A DNA stretch of 32,450 nucleotides from Chiloscyllium plagiosum (GCF_004010195.1 NW_025215102.1:1-32450), one strand, 5' to 3'. Positions 9,776-23,405 are shown, numbered from the stretch's first letter. Translations and numbers: made by a program. Notes: generated by a model from the letters alone, not told the origin.

Positions 9776-10269
9776 GATGTCAAAAATAGGTTGGTTGAAA
9801 AGGCAACATGTGGCAAATGAAATTTATCATAGAGGATTATGAAGTGATGTATTTTGGTAGGAAAAATTAATGAAAAGAATGTAAAACTAAAAGTGGAATT
9901 CTAAAGGGGTTGTAGAGGATAAATGTGCACAAATCATTCAAAGGGACAGATTCAGAAAGTAGCTAATAAAGAATAGCCTGTGATCCCATATACAACAAAG
10001 GCATGGGGTATAAAAAGGAAATAAAAACTTATAAAACACTTCTTTGACCTTACCTGGAATATTCACATCTGGGCATTGGATTTTAAAAAAGGATGCTCAG
10101 CCATTGGAGAGAGTGCAAAAGATATTTAGAGTGTGTTTCTGATGATGAGAAACTTCAGTTATGAGAATAAATGCAGAAGTTATGGAGGTTCTCTTGAGAG
10201 AAGAATGTAAGGAAATTTGATAGAGGCTTTCAAAATCATGAGGGGTCGGAACAAGTGTTGATCGGAAGA

Positions 10270-10378
10270 AATGGGTCAAATGCTGGCAAGTGGGACTAGA
10301 TTTATTTCGGATATCTAGTCGGCGTGGGCAAATTAGACTGAAGAGTCTGTTTCCATGTTGTACATCTCAATGTCTCTA
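10270..10378 (+). mobile_element. Short HER1/CR1 3' tail nested in the older CR1
   Basis: ATGGGTCAAATGCTGGCAAGTGGGACTAG...GTCTGTTTCCATGTTGTACATCTC is the reverse complement of the tail at 25860-25970. Confidence 0.8.
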
Positions 10379-10473
10379 AATTGTTTCCAATGGTGGAAGG
10401 GTGGAGAATTGGAGCGTGTTGTTATAAAGTGGTTGACAAAAGACGGAGACGTAATAAGGAAAAAACCTAAATA

Positions 10474-10720
10474 AAAACCCAAAAGAACTATGGATGCTGT
10501 AAATCTAAGACAAAAGTAGAAAGGGCTGGAAAAGCTCAGCAGGCCTGGCAGCATCTGGAGAGAGAAATCAGAGTTAATGTTTTGGGTCAAGTGATCCTTT
10601 CTCAGAACTTACGGTAGCTTGGAAAATGTTGGTTTATATGCAGAAGACAGGGTGAGGGAGATGGGTACAGAGTAAATGATAGGTGGATGTAGAGCCCCAA
10701 CAGAGAAAAGAACAGGAGAA
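10474..10720 (-). mobile_element. Second-family PLE pLTR with a decayed hammerhead
   Basis: GCTGGAAAAGCTCAGCAGGCCTGGCAGCATCTG. The core on the reverse complement is CTGAGAA-A-GGATC-ACTT-GACCC-AAAACATT (10573-10608). Homologous to 11626-11730. Confidence 0.65.
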
Positions 10721-11625
10721 AAAACTTTTTTGATTTACAGAGCTTGTGATTAGGAACTGGAATGCACTGCCAGAGAGTGTGGGAGAGGAAGATTCAATCA
10801 CATCTTTCAAAGAGAAAAGATGCACAGGCCTCCAAAAACATTCAGGAGAATGAACAAGCTGAGCTGCTCCTATAGAGAGCTGGCAAGGACACATTGGGCT
10901 GAATGGACTCCTGTATTCCACCATTCTATCGTTTTATATGTTTCAAATAAGTGCAAATAGTTAATCAGTTGCTAAAATAATCCATTTTAACAATGAAGGA
11001 GAAATGGATCTTCTATGATACAGGTGTGTACCATGTCATTTCTTGTTGTTACTGTTATAAGGAATTCATAATCAAGCATAAAGCAAAATTAAAACAAAAT
11101 GTTTCTTAACCCAAGTACTTTCTTTATTGTCTTAAGCTTTGTTCTGTGCTAAAAGTACTGATAAATGCTGGACAATAGCTCTGGAGCTCCAGGCAAGAAT
11201 TCAATGCTTCATCAGAATGGTACTCATAGGAAGCCGAGACAATCCCCACTTAACTGTAGAAGACTTCACTGCCCAACAAGATCATGTTCTCTTCTGAAAT
11301 TTAAATAGGGGCACTTTAATTTGGCATCAAGCTGGAACAGGAAGTATTATTTTTTCTCTCTGACTCCCTATCTCTGGAAATAAGATAAATTATAATGCTA
11401 TAAAACGCAACCCCATCTGAGGCTACTAAACAGACTGAATTGTATTTGACTTGGCGACATTTCTGTCCTGTTCGTTGATACTAATTTGATGTCTAACATA
11501 AATTGCCAATTTTTATTTGAGCATCACTACTTACCTTAGAATTAAAGTCACAATTGTATAGAATTTGTCACTGTTAGGTTTTTCTGTCTGGTCAGAAAAG
11601 CAGAACAAATGAAGTGAACTATAAC

Positions 11626-11730
11626 TTCTGAGGAAGGGTCACTCAACCCAAAAAGTTAATTCTGATTTCTCTCCACAGATGCTGCCAGACTTGCTGAGGC
11701 ATTTCCAGCCATTTCTGCTTTTGTCTCTGA
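11626..11730 (+). mobile_element. Second-family PLE pLTR fragment with a decayed hammerhead
   Basis: CTGAGGA-A-GGGTC-ACTC-AACCC-AAAAAGTTAA...CAGATGCTGCCAGACTTGCTGAG..TTTCCAGC. Confidence 0.65.
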
Positions 11731-13324
11731 AGTATAAGATACAGATTCACTAATTGACTATTTTGATTTAAATATCTTGATCTAAGCATAACCATAACTC
11801 AAACAGCACAATTTCTGCTACAGTAACTATGAATTCACTGGATTTTAATGAACTTCTATTGCAGCAAATTGAGTGTATAAATCACATTTAATGAATGTTG
11901 TACTGCTTCTAAATAACTCCACTCTGTGACTGCATTTATTACATAACTGTACAAAGGTTTTACAGAAAAACAAATGTTAAGGTAATGGTGAGCAAGGCAT
12001 CATGATGTAAATAGATGTAAATAGTAAACATGTCCATGGCTCTCTAATACCAGAGCAAAATGTCTCAATTAACTTTATTTTCCATATTTTATGATAAACT
12101 CTTCTGTGAATATAGGGAAAAAAATAAGTAAACATGAGCACAATCAGAGTATATGATATATAGTCTGGTTTACGTTCATTTTGAATTCCAATCTTGATTT
12201 AAACTATAAGATTAGAATTCAATCTCTTGCAGATGGGGAAAAAGTCCTCTATGTAATGGATGTAGTATTGGATGTACTATTATTTTTATTATTACAAAGG
12301 ATTACACAGAACCTTACTATGTCAATGGATCAGAACCACTAATTACTGTGGAAATTTGAACTTGTAATTTCAAAATGTGGTTTTAAAAGAGGGCTGATAC
12401 ATCCATAAATGCTTTAAGTTGTAAACTAAGTGACCACCTGTAGGGAGAAAGAGAGAGAGAGGCCTTTGAGAAATATCACCTAAGTTGTCGAAGATATTTC
12501 AAATATGCTGGACAGTGACTTCCTATGTCTAAAAAGATAATGAGGGGGACTGCACAACAGCAAGCCATGACCCTCCAAGATTATGTCCCTAATTGCAGAC
12601 ACATTGGTTAAAAAATAAGTTCAATTTTACTGGAGTGCCTGAGTGGGAATTAATGTTCATGTGTGTACCAGCCTGGGCCCAAGCATTAGCTTGACAGGAA
12701 GGTTACAGTCAAAGAATTGTCCATGGGTCAGTCTTGTGTTGCAGGTAAAGACCTTCAATCACACAGAGTGATGCAAACTAGCCAAAAAGGCTACAAAAAG
12801 GCCAAAAAGGAAATATGACAACAAAGCACCTTCTTTCACCTTTAATGATGGATTTCAATAATGGTCAAAAGGAATCAGGACAACATGATCTCAACCAATC
12901 CGCAGTTACAAACAGTTCACATCCAAACCACAGTGCTACTAATAAACTCCTCTGCAACAGCCAGAATGTTCAACTACTTGCTGTTTACAAATGATTCATA
13001 GCCTCATCCATACATTCATATCTCTTATTTATGTTTTTGCATCTTATTTATATTTTGAAGGTGTGCTGCATTACTAATTCTCTTTGTATTTTGCAACTAA
13101 TTAAATCACTTTTTTTGTTAATTCAAACAAAACCCTAATTAATTTGGTTCATTTTAAAACAGGGGTCCATTTTAAATTAATCTTGTTGTGACTATCCAAT
13201 ACTGCAGGTGAATGGAGAGGTGAAGCCAGTTCATCCATTCCCAGCTGGGAGCTTAATAATTTGGTGTATTGCAGCTGAAACTGCAACAAATTGGAGAAGC
13301 TCACTAAAAGTCTAGTCAGACCAA

Positions 13325-13720
13325 TCTTACAACATAGAAACAAGCCATTGAATGAAACTGGTCCATGCTGGTCATAATATTTTATGAGTTTCTCGCTACC
13401 ATACATCATCTACCTCTTCCTGCATTTTCTTCTATTCCTTAATCTCTCACATACATACTTAGTTTTCCCTAAACCCTGTGGGCTATTCATCTTAAAAATT
13501 CTAACATTTCAACTTCTAGGTTGTCCTAAAACTCTATTGGAGGTATTGGTAACTATTATATAGTTCTTATCCTTAATTTTGGGTTCCACGCAAGTAGAAA
13601 CATCATCTCTACATTTAATTTGTAAACCTTTCATAATTTCAAACATTTCCCCTTAGGCTTTGCTTTCCAAGAGAAGAGAGCCTTAACCTGTTCATATAGG
13701 TCTAATGTTAAATGTAGACA
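13325..13720 (-). mobile_element. Highly degraded CR1 3' end
   Basis: Tail-like ACAACATAGAAACAAGCCATT...GGTCCATGCTGG, and AAACCTTTCATAATTTCAAAC...TCCAAGAGAAGAG resembling 26200-26280. Confidence 0.5.
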
Positions 13721-15880
13721 TTGAGGTGTTATTCCTGGGTTCATATCAAGTTATGAGAGATGCAGTATGTAGATGTCAATATATTTATCTTTTATGAATG
13801 GCTTAGGGATAAACTTCAGAAAATACTGAAAGCATTAAGTCAATCAATCGATCAGTTCTGAAGATGGAAACACTTGCTGAAAGTTGAGAAAATTAATATA
13901 CATTTTTTTAAAATCACACTTTCCAATTAATATTTTACTTTTAGACACTTTTAAAAGAATGAGTTTGAATCAGGTAAGTTTTCCGGTGGGAAAATTAGTT
14001 AATTTTGCTAAAGTGTCTTAATAATTACAATGACATCAAGGTTAATTGCTTAATCTGTATTGCCATAGTGCAGTCCTGTAGAAATCCCCACACAATCTGT
14101 TCTATAATTAGTGCCAGAATTATTAGTAAGACTGCAGGCTGTGACCTAAATAAAGATTATTTTTTTTAAAAAAAGATAATCAACAAACATTGCCTATTCT
14201 AAGACTTTCTATGCAGTTGTTCTTAAATATAAGAAATTATAGTATAGCAATTAAAAATAATTCCTTTTGGGGAGGAAATTAATTACTGTCATGAACTTTT
14301 TTATTCGGAAGTCTACATATCAATGGGATGACAAGGTAAACTTCAGTGGTATAAAGAATTAAAATGCAGTGATCCGTACATTTGTACAAGTTGCTCAATA
14401 TGTTACAGTAAAGCTGTGCTTGAATGGACTAAAATGTTTCACTTTTATTTGGAATAGCAGCTTCAGAAACTGGTGCTTTTTCAAGCTTGCAATCAATCTG
14501 ATTGTGTTTGTTTTAAAACTAGGATTGAGCACTGTGTCTTTGAAGTGACTGAACATGTAGCTGTCACATAATGGGGCTTAAATAATATGAACAATGAGGA
14601 ATAGTTTACAAATAAACATTTATTTACCTTTCTCTTTTCCAGTGTCCTACAACTCATGGTCTTTCTTCAGCATGTGGGACAATTGCTTTTCCTACTATCA
14701 TATTCTATTGGCATTGGCCTGGCTAGCATTTTGCTAATGACAAACACACAATAGCAGAATACTAATGTGCCTGTAAATAACTCATTCAACACACTCAGCA
14801 AAGATTGATCTTTCTGTCGCCCTTTAGACAGACTGAGGACATGTTGTTTCTTCCAAAAGACTCAGCTCTCCTTGATAGACTTGGGTACAGGTGTGTCATT
14901 TGTGTCCCAAAGGAAACCTCCAGGCAATGTGTAGACAGATAAAGATCAACATTTATTGAACTGAAATTAATTTAATGACCAACAGCCCATCAAAATAATG
15001 ATTAACGTTAGCAGTGATATATGCTTCCTCCGTCTTTCCTTCAACAAAGCTGCATAAGCATGAATTAAGGCATTAAGTAATCAAAGTAGGAGACACAAGG
15101 TGAATGTTGAAAAGTTACATTTACAGGTTAACAAATTTTCAAGAACATTATATAAACCAACACTTCTCTATTATCTAATATTGCATCAATAATAATACTG
15201 TTGTGACTTTGAAAGTTTAGCATTGCCTTACCATGCATTTGTGTGTTTTTCACAAGCATTTTTCATTTTGTGTAGCACAATCATTTCCAGTAACATTACA
15301 ATAAATCAAAATGTACCTATCTAAAAAAAAGTAGTTTAAAATGTTAAATATGCATCTGAATATTCAGCCCAAAGAACAGTTTGATTGATGACCAAATTTA
15401 GCCTTCTTCTATATTTATTTTGCATATACATGTCAAAAATAAAATCTGTAGACTTCATGTTAGAACTATCCATCACGGAATATCATACTAGTCACAGTTA
15501 AATGCTATATGGCTGAAACCATAACAACACTCCTCAGGTAGTCACTCAGGCAGTACAGATGGAAGATTACTCCTTGCCATATGTGCTCAATATACCTCTC
15601 ACGCATATGGAGTTTGCTTGCGTCTTTCATCATTAGTTCATTTTAATTTCTGTAATGGTGATGCTATCAGACTTACATAATATGTAACTAGTCTTGAGAA
15701 TGACTTTATTTCTTGGAACTTTTGAATATCTCTTTGCGATCCCATATTTGAAGTGATGATCAAACATATGCAAATTGAAAACACAAGTGTATCATGCCCA
15801 AGGAACTGTGTTGTATATTTGAGAACAAGATGACAGAACAGGAAATGTTTCTCAAGACAGACATTTACCAAAGCCTGTAA

Positions 15881-16455
15881 GGATTGGATTTGATTTGATT
15901 TGGTTTATTTGATTTGATTTATTTTGTCATATGTACCTAAGTACAGCAAAACGTTTTGTTTTGTATGCAGTACAGGCAGATCATAACATACAAGAACATA
16001 CAGATCACAGGGTGATTGAACAGAGTGAGCTTACAAAGCTATGGCTGCACAGGAGAGGTACTAAAGCATGATCAGCATTAGATTTGAAATTTGAGAGGTC
16101 CATTCAACAGTTGAATATTAGCAGTGAAGGAACTGTTCTTGAACCTGTTGGTACATGTGTTTAAGTTTTTGTATCTTCTGCATGACAGAAGAGGTTGAAT
16201 TAGTTTATAACCAGTTTGGGAGGGGTCTTTGATAATGTTGGTTGCTTTTTCACAGCAACGTGAAATGTAGATGGAGTCAATGGATGGGACGGTGGCTTGC
16301 GTGATGGTCTGGGATGTGTTCACAAGTTTCTTTATTTTCCTACAGTCTGGAGCAGAGCAGTTGCTGTCCCAAGCTGTGATACATCCAGATAGAATCACTT
16401 TCTGTGGTGCACCTAGAAACGTTGGTGAGGGTTTTTATGGACAAATTTCCTTGGC
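15881..16455 (-). mobile_element. Rex1/Babar-clade LINE 3' fragment with a pentanucleotide microsatellite tail
   Basis: ORF 16078-16398 (ILSGCITAW..NCS..DCRK...SIDSIY..RC...A.NIIKDPS..G...L.S.RRY...T.RFKNS.F....LLN) matches the post-RT C-terminal region (DUF1891-like) of Rex1/Babar. (GATTT)n at 15881-15925 is an (AAATC)n 3' tail on the minus strand. Confidence 0.8.
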
Positions 16456-19369
16456 CTCCCAACATTGTTGTGCAGGTGAGGGAGAATGGTTGCATCATCA
16501 TTTTTGAGACGACAAAACTGCTGTGATCACTCCAGCAATGGAAATTAATAAGGGTGTTAGAGATCACACCATAGACAGCTGCTTGTGTTTGATGAAACAT
16601 AGCTTTGAAAGGGGGCAAAAAAAAATGCATCTAACAGTAGCTTCAAACAGGATGTAATTAAAAAACAACTAAATGGGCCAAAGACAGGGTATTAACTCAA
16701 ATGGTACACGGTCATACCAAGGAAGAGGTATGAATAAAGACTTTAAAAACAACTCATCACTACTGCAGCTAATGCAGTTTCATTTCCTGCTCCAAAGACA
16801 CACTGGGAGCTGTGTTGACAGATTTACCACCTGAGGCAGTTCCTAGTTCAGTCAACTTCCAAACAACCAGTGTCATTGGGAATATGTATTATTGCTTGGT
16901 GGTTTATTAAATGTAAACCACGTAATATCTAAGTTATTACGTGCCGCTGATATCTGGGTCAGAACTGAGAACAAATCAGGATGTCTTATGTACTTCTTTA
17001 GTTTTCCAAACACTCCTTCCTCTTGTTCAGTTTTGCTTTCATGTATCCTACAACCTTCACTTGACCAGACAATACAATCTGACAATTAACAATGAGAATA
17101 TAAACACATGACTGAGAAAGAAGAATTACTCTCAGTTATCAGCTAGGTATTGGTACTGTGAATACTTTAGAAGATAGCATAATGTTAAGATGACCTAGAG
17201 TTGAGTTACCGGACACAAATGGGTTGCAATAAGACCAAAGAGCGATCTTACCAACTTTTTGGAGGGCAAAATCATGCATGAGTTTTGCTAAGAGAATTCA
17301 GATAGAGGAGTTCACTGTGGCAGTGAAAATAGCATACTGATCAGCAGGCACTTAGTGCATTAGCAGACCAGCCAGAAAGTGTCTACTTTACTATCAAAGA
17401 ATATTAAGGAGTCATATTCTAATATGAAAGAAGTTATCTTAGATTCCTTCAAGCCTATCCTCTCCATAATGGATGTATTGGCTGTTGTAGACACTACTAT
17501 TCGCATTGTGGTCTGTTACTGATCTATCTCATTGGGCTATCTCAAACACATCTCAAGAGTTGGGTAAAATTAACAGGAAGATGTGGTTTGCATTGCTGCA
17601 TCCTATAGAAAGGTTACATGTGTACTCCTACACCTCTCCAGGAGAGTGTCAGATCATTCAGTCTATGTTCCTGTAACTTGAGTAATGTCATCACAGTGGT
17701 TAAGGATAATCACATGCTTCCAGGTATTAACTGTTTCAGACCCATATAGAACAAAGTCTGCTCTGTAATTGCATTTGTAGGTCCAGCTGTGATACAGCTT
17801 CCGATAGTAAACGTTTCAGTGTTTTGGGGCTGAATGTTCCCAGTCCCTGAATAATGTCGGTAGTGGTGAATCAGTTGGAAAATTCTGAAAAAACTGGAAA
17901 GATTAGATTTTTAAAATCAAGTGAGCAATTTCCAATTTTACAACGAAGGTTAAACAGTGGGATGAGAATCTTGTTAGTGAGCGATGAGAGGCCTAATTGC
18001 ATCTATCAATCAATCATTAATATTTAGTCTCATTTCATATTTATTCTGTTTCCTATTCTTTGACACAAAGAGAAACTAGACATTGATAATTCCAGGCATA
18101 AAAGTTAGGGCAGGTACCTGGAGGCCACAGCTTTCCACTTGTTCCTCTGGGTTTCCATTTTGGACAGTAATCCCCAAAATCTCAGCTACATCCCAACGGC
18201 AGCGACTGCCTGAACTCAGTCAGTTCTGCTATTGAGAGCCAACCAGTCCAGATTAACAGCAAGTCAGTCAGGGAGGTGCACAGAGATCAGTCAGCATTCT
18301 GTTTACTCATCAGTCAGAGCTGTCTTTTCAAGTCAGCAATAGCGGTGGAGGGGGGTTTGTTTATTGATGGTCTAGGCAGTCAGTGCTGTGATGGGGATGA
18401 TTGGAAGTCAATTGTGAGGATTGAAGTCACACCGTAAAGAAATATGGGAGGCAATAAATTATTAAAAGAGTACAGTTCTGGGGAGGGAGGGTTATTGATT
18501 GTCACTACTATGTGGGATTTGATGGGAGGACAATGTATAACTATGTATGGCATGACTACGATGTATGTTTATGTTCAGGGTGTAAAGAGGGAGATGAATA
18601 GTTAAGTAAACTTGTAGAGCAGGAATACAGGGATGGTGGTGGGCTTGACAGAAAGCATATGGCAGAAAGGACATAAAAATTTGGGAGCATCACTTAGACT
18701 GAGGCTAGGCTTGTGACTCACTCTGTGAAGCACTACCTGTGTTAGTTTATATCCTCATTCAGTTCATACACTTGCAATGGAAATGAAAATGTTTGAAACC
18801 ACACCTGGAGTAGGTGGAGTAAATTTCCTTTTCTCTGAGGGAGATGGCTTCACCTGTTTGCGATGTGAGACCTTTCCAAGTGCCATAGCATTAAACAGAC
18901 ACCCAGACAGTGCAGCCCAAAGACATCATTATCACAGAATGATTTATGTGGACCTCACACATTGACCCACTGTGTTGACTAAAAATCCTGGACACTTGCA
19001 CTCTTGACTATGTCATTCAAAATTGTAAATCGTTACACTAATGGTTGCAAGGCACAAATAACATCTTGCGGCCTGTAAATGTTCACCCTGTAAATGGTTG
19101 TCAAGGTAACAATCACCTTCCAAGGTCCCGCAGCCTGTACCAGAAGCTGGTGCCATTAAAGCTACAATGCCACTGTTCAAAGGTGCCTGCAGGCTCTCAC
19201 AGTAGTCCTAGCAGATTAATAATCTGCTAAGCTTCCACCTGAGGGGAACAGTAAGGGATCTGAGATGAATGAATCTGTTGCATTTTCTCTCTGATTACAG
19301 CATTCGTGCTTCCTCTAACCCCTCTCCCTCCCACCTTTTGATACCTGTTAGCCTCCACCACAAACCCCT

Positions 19370-20925
19370 GCCATCATTAAGGATATGAGAACTGGGCACT
19401 TGGAAAAAACTCAAGGCAATTAGGAAGGCTCAGCATGGTTTTGAGAAATCATCTTTAAATAATTCCAGTAAATTAGTAAAAGTAGTAATATGTGTTGTGC
19501 ATAAAGGAGAGGTTGTGATGTACTATATTTGGATTTCCAGAGGCATTTATCTAGGTTTCACTTAAAATGTTATTAAACAAAGTAAGAGCTCCTGGTATAA
19601 GGGATAACTGGCTGTCTTGGCTAGATGATCAGCTGGCTGGCAGGAAGTGGCGTATCTACAGATAATTCCTTTTCAGATTGAAAGGATATGGCAAGTGGGG
19701 TCCCGCAGGGGTCTGTGCAGGACATTCAGCATTCTACAACTTATATCATCTACTTAGATGAGGGAACAAAAACATGGGGGCTAAATTTGCAGATGACACA
19801 ATGTTAGTTGCAAAGTATATTGTGAGAACAATGTAATAATTACAGACCTAGACAGATAAATTAAGTAACTAGATAAAAAACTGGCATTTTGTGTATAATG
19901 CAAGAAAATGTGATGTTCTTCATTTTGGCAAGAAGAATAAAATGCAGAGTATTACTCAAACAGTGAAGAACTTGAGAATTCAAGATATTGAAAGAAGTAG
20001 GTGTTTGAATGCATGCATCATAAAATGTTAGCATGCAGGTACAGCAAGTGATTAAGTAGGCTAATAGAATGTTATCCTTTATTACAAAAGATCTTGGACA
20101 TAAAAGTAAGAATGTTATACTTCAGTTATACGAGGTATTGATGAGATTACATCTCAAAAGCTATCCCTAGGATAGGGGAATTTCAAGATCAGGGGAACAC
20201 CTTTAGGGTGAGAGGCAATTATTTTACACTGAGGGTGGTTCGAATGTGAAATGAACTTCCTGACTAAGTGGTGACTGTGGATATAATTACAAGGTTTAAA
20301 AGACATTTTGATAGATACGTGAATCGAAAAGGTTTGGAGGGTGATGGGCCAGAAGCAGCCAGGAGAGACTAGTTTAGTTTGGGATTATGTTCGGTGTGCG
20401 CTGGTTGGACCAAAGTGTCTGTTTCTGTGCTATATGACTCTATGACTCTACTTGCAGTTTTGGTCTAATTTAAGGAAGGATGCATTTGCATTGGAACTTT
20501 TTCAGAGCCGTATTCCTAGAAAAATATCTGGAATGAATGTGTTGCCTTCTGAGGAAAGATTGAGTAGGCTAGGTTTATTTTCACCGGAGTTTAGAAGATT
20601 GAGGATTCCCTTGATTGATACTTTCTCTTGTGGTTGAATCCAGAACTGCAGGTGCAGTGTTAAAAATTGGCGAAACCATTTAAGAAAGAGGTTAGTGATG
20701 GTTTTTTGCCCTCAGCGGGCTGTGTAACTTTGGAATTGTCAGCTTCAGTAGGTGGTAGAGGCTGTTTTATTGAATATATTTAAAGCAGACGTAGCTAGAT
20801 TCTTGTTTGGGAATCAAAAATTACCAGGGATTGCTGGGAATGTGAAATTTGGAACACAAGTAGATCATCATGATCTTATTGCATGGTGGAGTAGGTCTGA
20901 ACATATGAATCACCTACCTCTACTC
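19370..20925 (+). mobile_element. Old degraded CR1 LINE (RT region to 3' end)
   Basis: Remnants of QHGF (CAGCATGGTTTT), Y.DF (TATTTGGATTTC), SGVPQGSV (AGTGGGGTCCCGCAGGGGTCTGTG), KFADDT (AAATTTGCAGATGACACA at ~19784) and EERLSRLGLFS, with many stops and frameshifts. Confidence 0.85.
20164..20450 (+). mobile_element. Younger CR1 3' fragment nested in the old CR1
   Basis: Ends in GTCTGTTTCTGTGCTATATGACTCTATGACTCTA (octamer-repeat tail). The host CR1 resumes at 20451 (CTTGCAGTTTTGGTC), and CTA is present at both junctions. Confidence 0.8.
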
Positions 20926-20929
20926 CAAC

Positions 20930-21664
20930 TGTTTCAACATGGGGTAAACCCCCCTCCCCTGCTAATTTAAACTGGCAACACAGAAAAGATTCATCCCTTG
21001 CTGTAATCTGTGAAAATTCAAGAGGCAAAGAACTATCCCAAAAGTCACTATTTAAAGTAAAAATTAACATTTTTAAAAAAAAATGAATTAACAACTATTT
21101 ACAACTCATTTATCTAAATCTATCTTTTACCTTTCTCTCTACAATACTCTCCAATAAAACTCCTGATTAAGATTTTTAATTCAAATTCAAATAGTAAGTT
21201 CAAATTGCAAAACCAGCCAGCTATTGAATCTCCTCTTTGTATCTTCCTCTGTAGGTTTGGTCTCTAGGTCAGTGTCAATGTTTTTTCCTGTGCAAACTCC
21301 TTCTCCAGACAGTTTCCGCTTAGAGAGTTCTTAATGGCAGCTGACATCTGTTGGTCTTTTGGCAGTTCTCCCCCAATTGTTCAATTTGTTTAATATTTAT
21401 ACCCCAAAGCATTGGATCATTTGATTGGTTTTAATATTGTCAAAATACCAAATTCAAACTTGATTGGAGTTTAGTATCTTGGGGCATAATTTAAACTGAT
21501 TGGCTGAATTTGAATTTGTTTTTGTCTCATAGCAACCCAGCCAGTGCTAGCTGTTCTGAACCAGCGTGACACTGTTACTTTGTTCCGGACTCGCTGTGCC
21601 TCTCTAAGTCCTTGCTCACTTTCAACTCTCTTAAAGGTATAGTACCACTTCCACCTTCACAACA
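20930..21664 (-). mobile_element. Probable solo LTR (Gypsy/ERV type)
   Basis: Termini TGTT...AACA. Flanks CAAC and CTAC form a 4-bp TSD with one mismatch. On the minus strand a cluster of CCAAT boxes (ATTGG on + at ~21411-21504) precedes a TATAAATA (TATTTATA at ~21394). Confidence 0.55.
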
Positions 21665-22847
21665 CTACCTTTTATTTTCCTCACTTTATACTGATTTGCT
21701 GCATGACATTCCTCTTCCCTGAAAAGCTTTTATTGTATATGTACTATGCATATGTGTTTAGGTGGTAGAAGAGTGACATTAGTCATGTATGGAGCAGGAA
21801 GCCTTTGGCATCAAGCAGTCACAAAAAGGCATAAGTTGACACCTCAGAGATGGCTGATTGATGCAGGCTAGAAACATTGTGGCTACTTCTGTGGTAGTCA
21901 GCAATATTCAACAAGATAGTTACCCACAAATTATATATTAAACAGAATGCTATCCTTGTTATTCTGCTCAATTTTCCCAGTTATATTTACTGTCCATCCA
22001 AGCCAGATGTGTACAGTCAATGGTTCCTTCCACCATTGTGAATTCTGCTACCCTTACGAAACCACATGTCCCATTCCTTTAGCTTCTCTCTGGTTAAAAA
22101 GACTGACACCTTGTGTACAGTATCTCAGTGACTGATTCTGTGATGAACTGCAAGCAAAGAGAACTGGATAGTGTCACTGATTCCAACCCAAAAGAATCCA
22201 AAACTACAAAATCTAAGGGTGATATTCACTTTTCTAGCTAGTGGCAGTGATATTCTTGTTTTGTGCTGCAGATGCAAGTGTCTCAGTTCAATGTCCTTGG
22301 TGAAGCATAGCCACTTAGAACAATACTCTTGGACAAGGCAGAAAAAAGAAGTGCTCCCAGATACTCTAAGTGGAAATGGCATTCATTGAGAGTCCTGTTC
22401 ATCCTCTCTCTGCACACAATTTTCCCTCTTAACTGCCTATAATCCATCTCCTTGTCATCCTACAACCCAAGAGAAATTACAATCACAATTTTGCTTGATA
22501 AAAATGTATATGTAGAACATTAAAATTTCATGAAAAGTAATGGCATGCAATTCTTCCAATGGACAACACTGCAAAATTCATGAGTGTTTCATTTTAATTT
22601 AGCCTTGTTGCCATAAGTGCACAATCATTTGCTTTGCATAAAGAAAAACATTCAGTTGAATTAAAGATTACTGCGCTGCAGATCTTTATACATTACTTAA
22701 CTGCTGGGCTCTGTTTGCAGATAGATCTAAATGTTTTTTTTACTGACTGAGATCATTTGTTCTGGCTGCAAGTACATCTTTATGTTTCACTGCTGATGCG
22801 TGAATAATATTTTCAGTCAAATATAAGATTAACCTTTTTAACTCATA

Positions 22848-23140
22848 GGTGGCAAGGTGGCTCACAGCGCCAGTGACCTGGGTTCAATTCCAACCTTAGG
22901 CAACAATCTGTATGGAGTTTGCACATTCTCCCTGTATCTGTGTGGGTTTGCTCCGGTTTCCTTCCACAATCTAAAGATGTACAGGTAAAGTGAATTATCC
23001 ATGTTAAAATGCCCATAGTATTCAGTGGTGTGTAGTTTTGGGTGCATTAGTCAGGGGTAAATGTAGAGTAATGCGGAATGATTGGGTGGAGCATTCTTTG
23101 GAGAGTTGCTGAGTACTTGTTGGGCCGAAGGACCTGTTTT
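22848..23140 (+). mobile_element. Degraded HE1-type SINE
   Basis: GGTTCAATTCC B box, TGGAGTTTGCACATTCTCC V-domain and TTGGGCCGAAGGACCTGTT tail. Confidence 0.85.
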
Positions 23141-23405
23141 TAAAAAAAATCTCAAATTTCAACTGAAAAGAAAACTAGCTGTAAAAAGTAGTCTAGTATG
23201 GACATAGTGTTGTGGCCACTGGTTAGTGCCCTGAAATACTGCAAATACTTTCAGCCCTTATTTAAAAATGTGTTTTTTTTTAGAACAAGGACTGCTGCAG
23301 AGAAAATAACTGCAGGTGTGTAAAAAAAAATGCTGAACCTATGGGATATCACACCTAAAGGTGTTAAAGAAATCTCAAACAGACTGTATTGTGATGTTTT
23401 TTTTT

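Larger units (their letters stand above)
9780..10930 (+). mobile_element. Old degraded CR1 LINE 3' portion, carrying two nested insertions
   Basis: Remnants of WQM.F...C.V..FG (TGGCAAATGAAATTT...TATTTTGGTAGG), LERVQ (TTGGAGAGAGTGCAA) and WNALP (TGGAATGCACTGCCA), plus the tail TGGGCTGAATGGACTCC. Confidence 0.75.

Noticed and set aside
12760..12960. Possible Gypsy integrase C-terminal remnant (KKAK.KYDNKA-like)
   Set aside because: Too short and interrupted, with no other integrase motif nearby.
16873..17089. Overlapping 65-70 aa ORFs in unique sequence
   Set aside because: No recognisable domain, weak splice signals, and a length compatible with chance.
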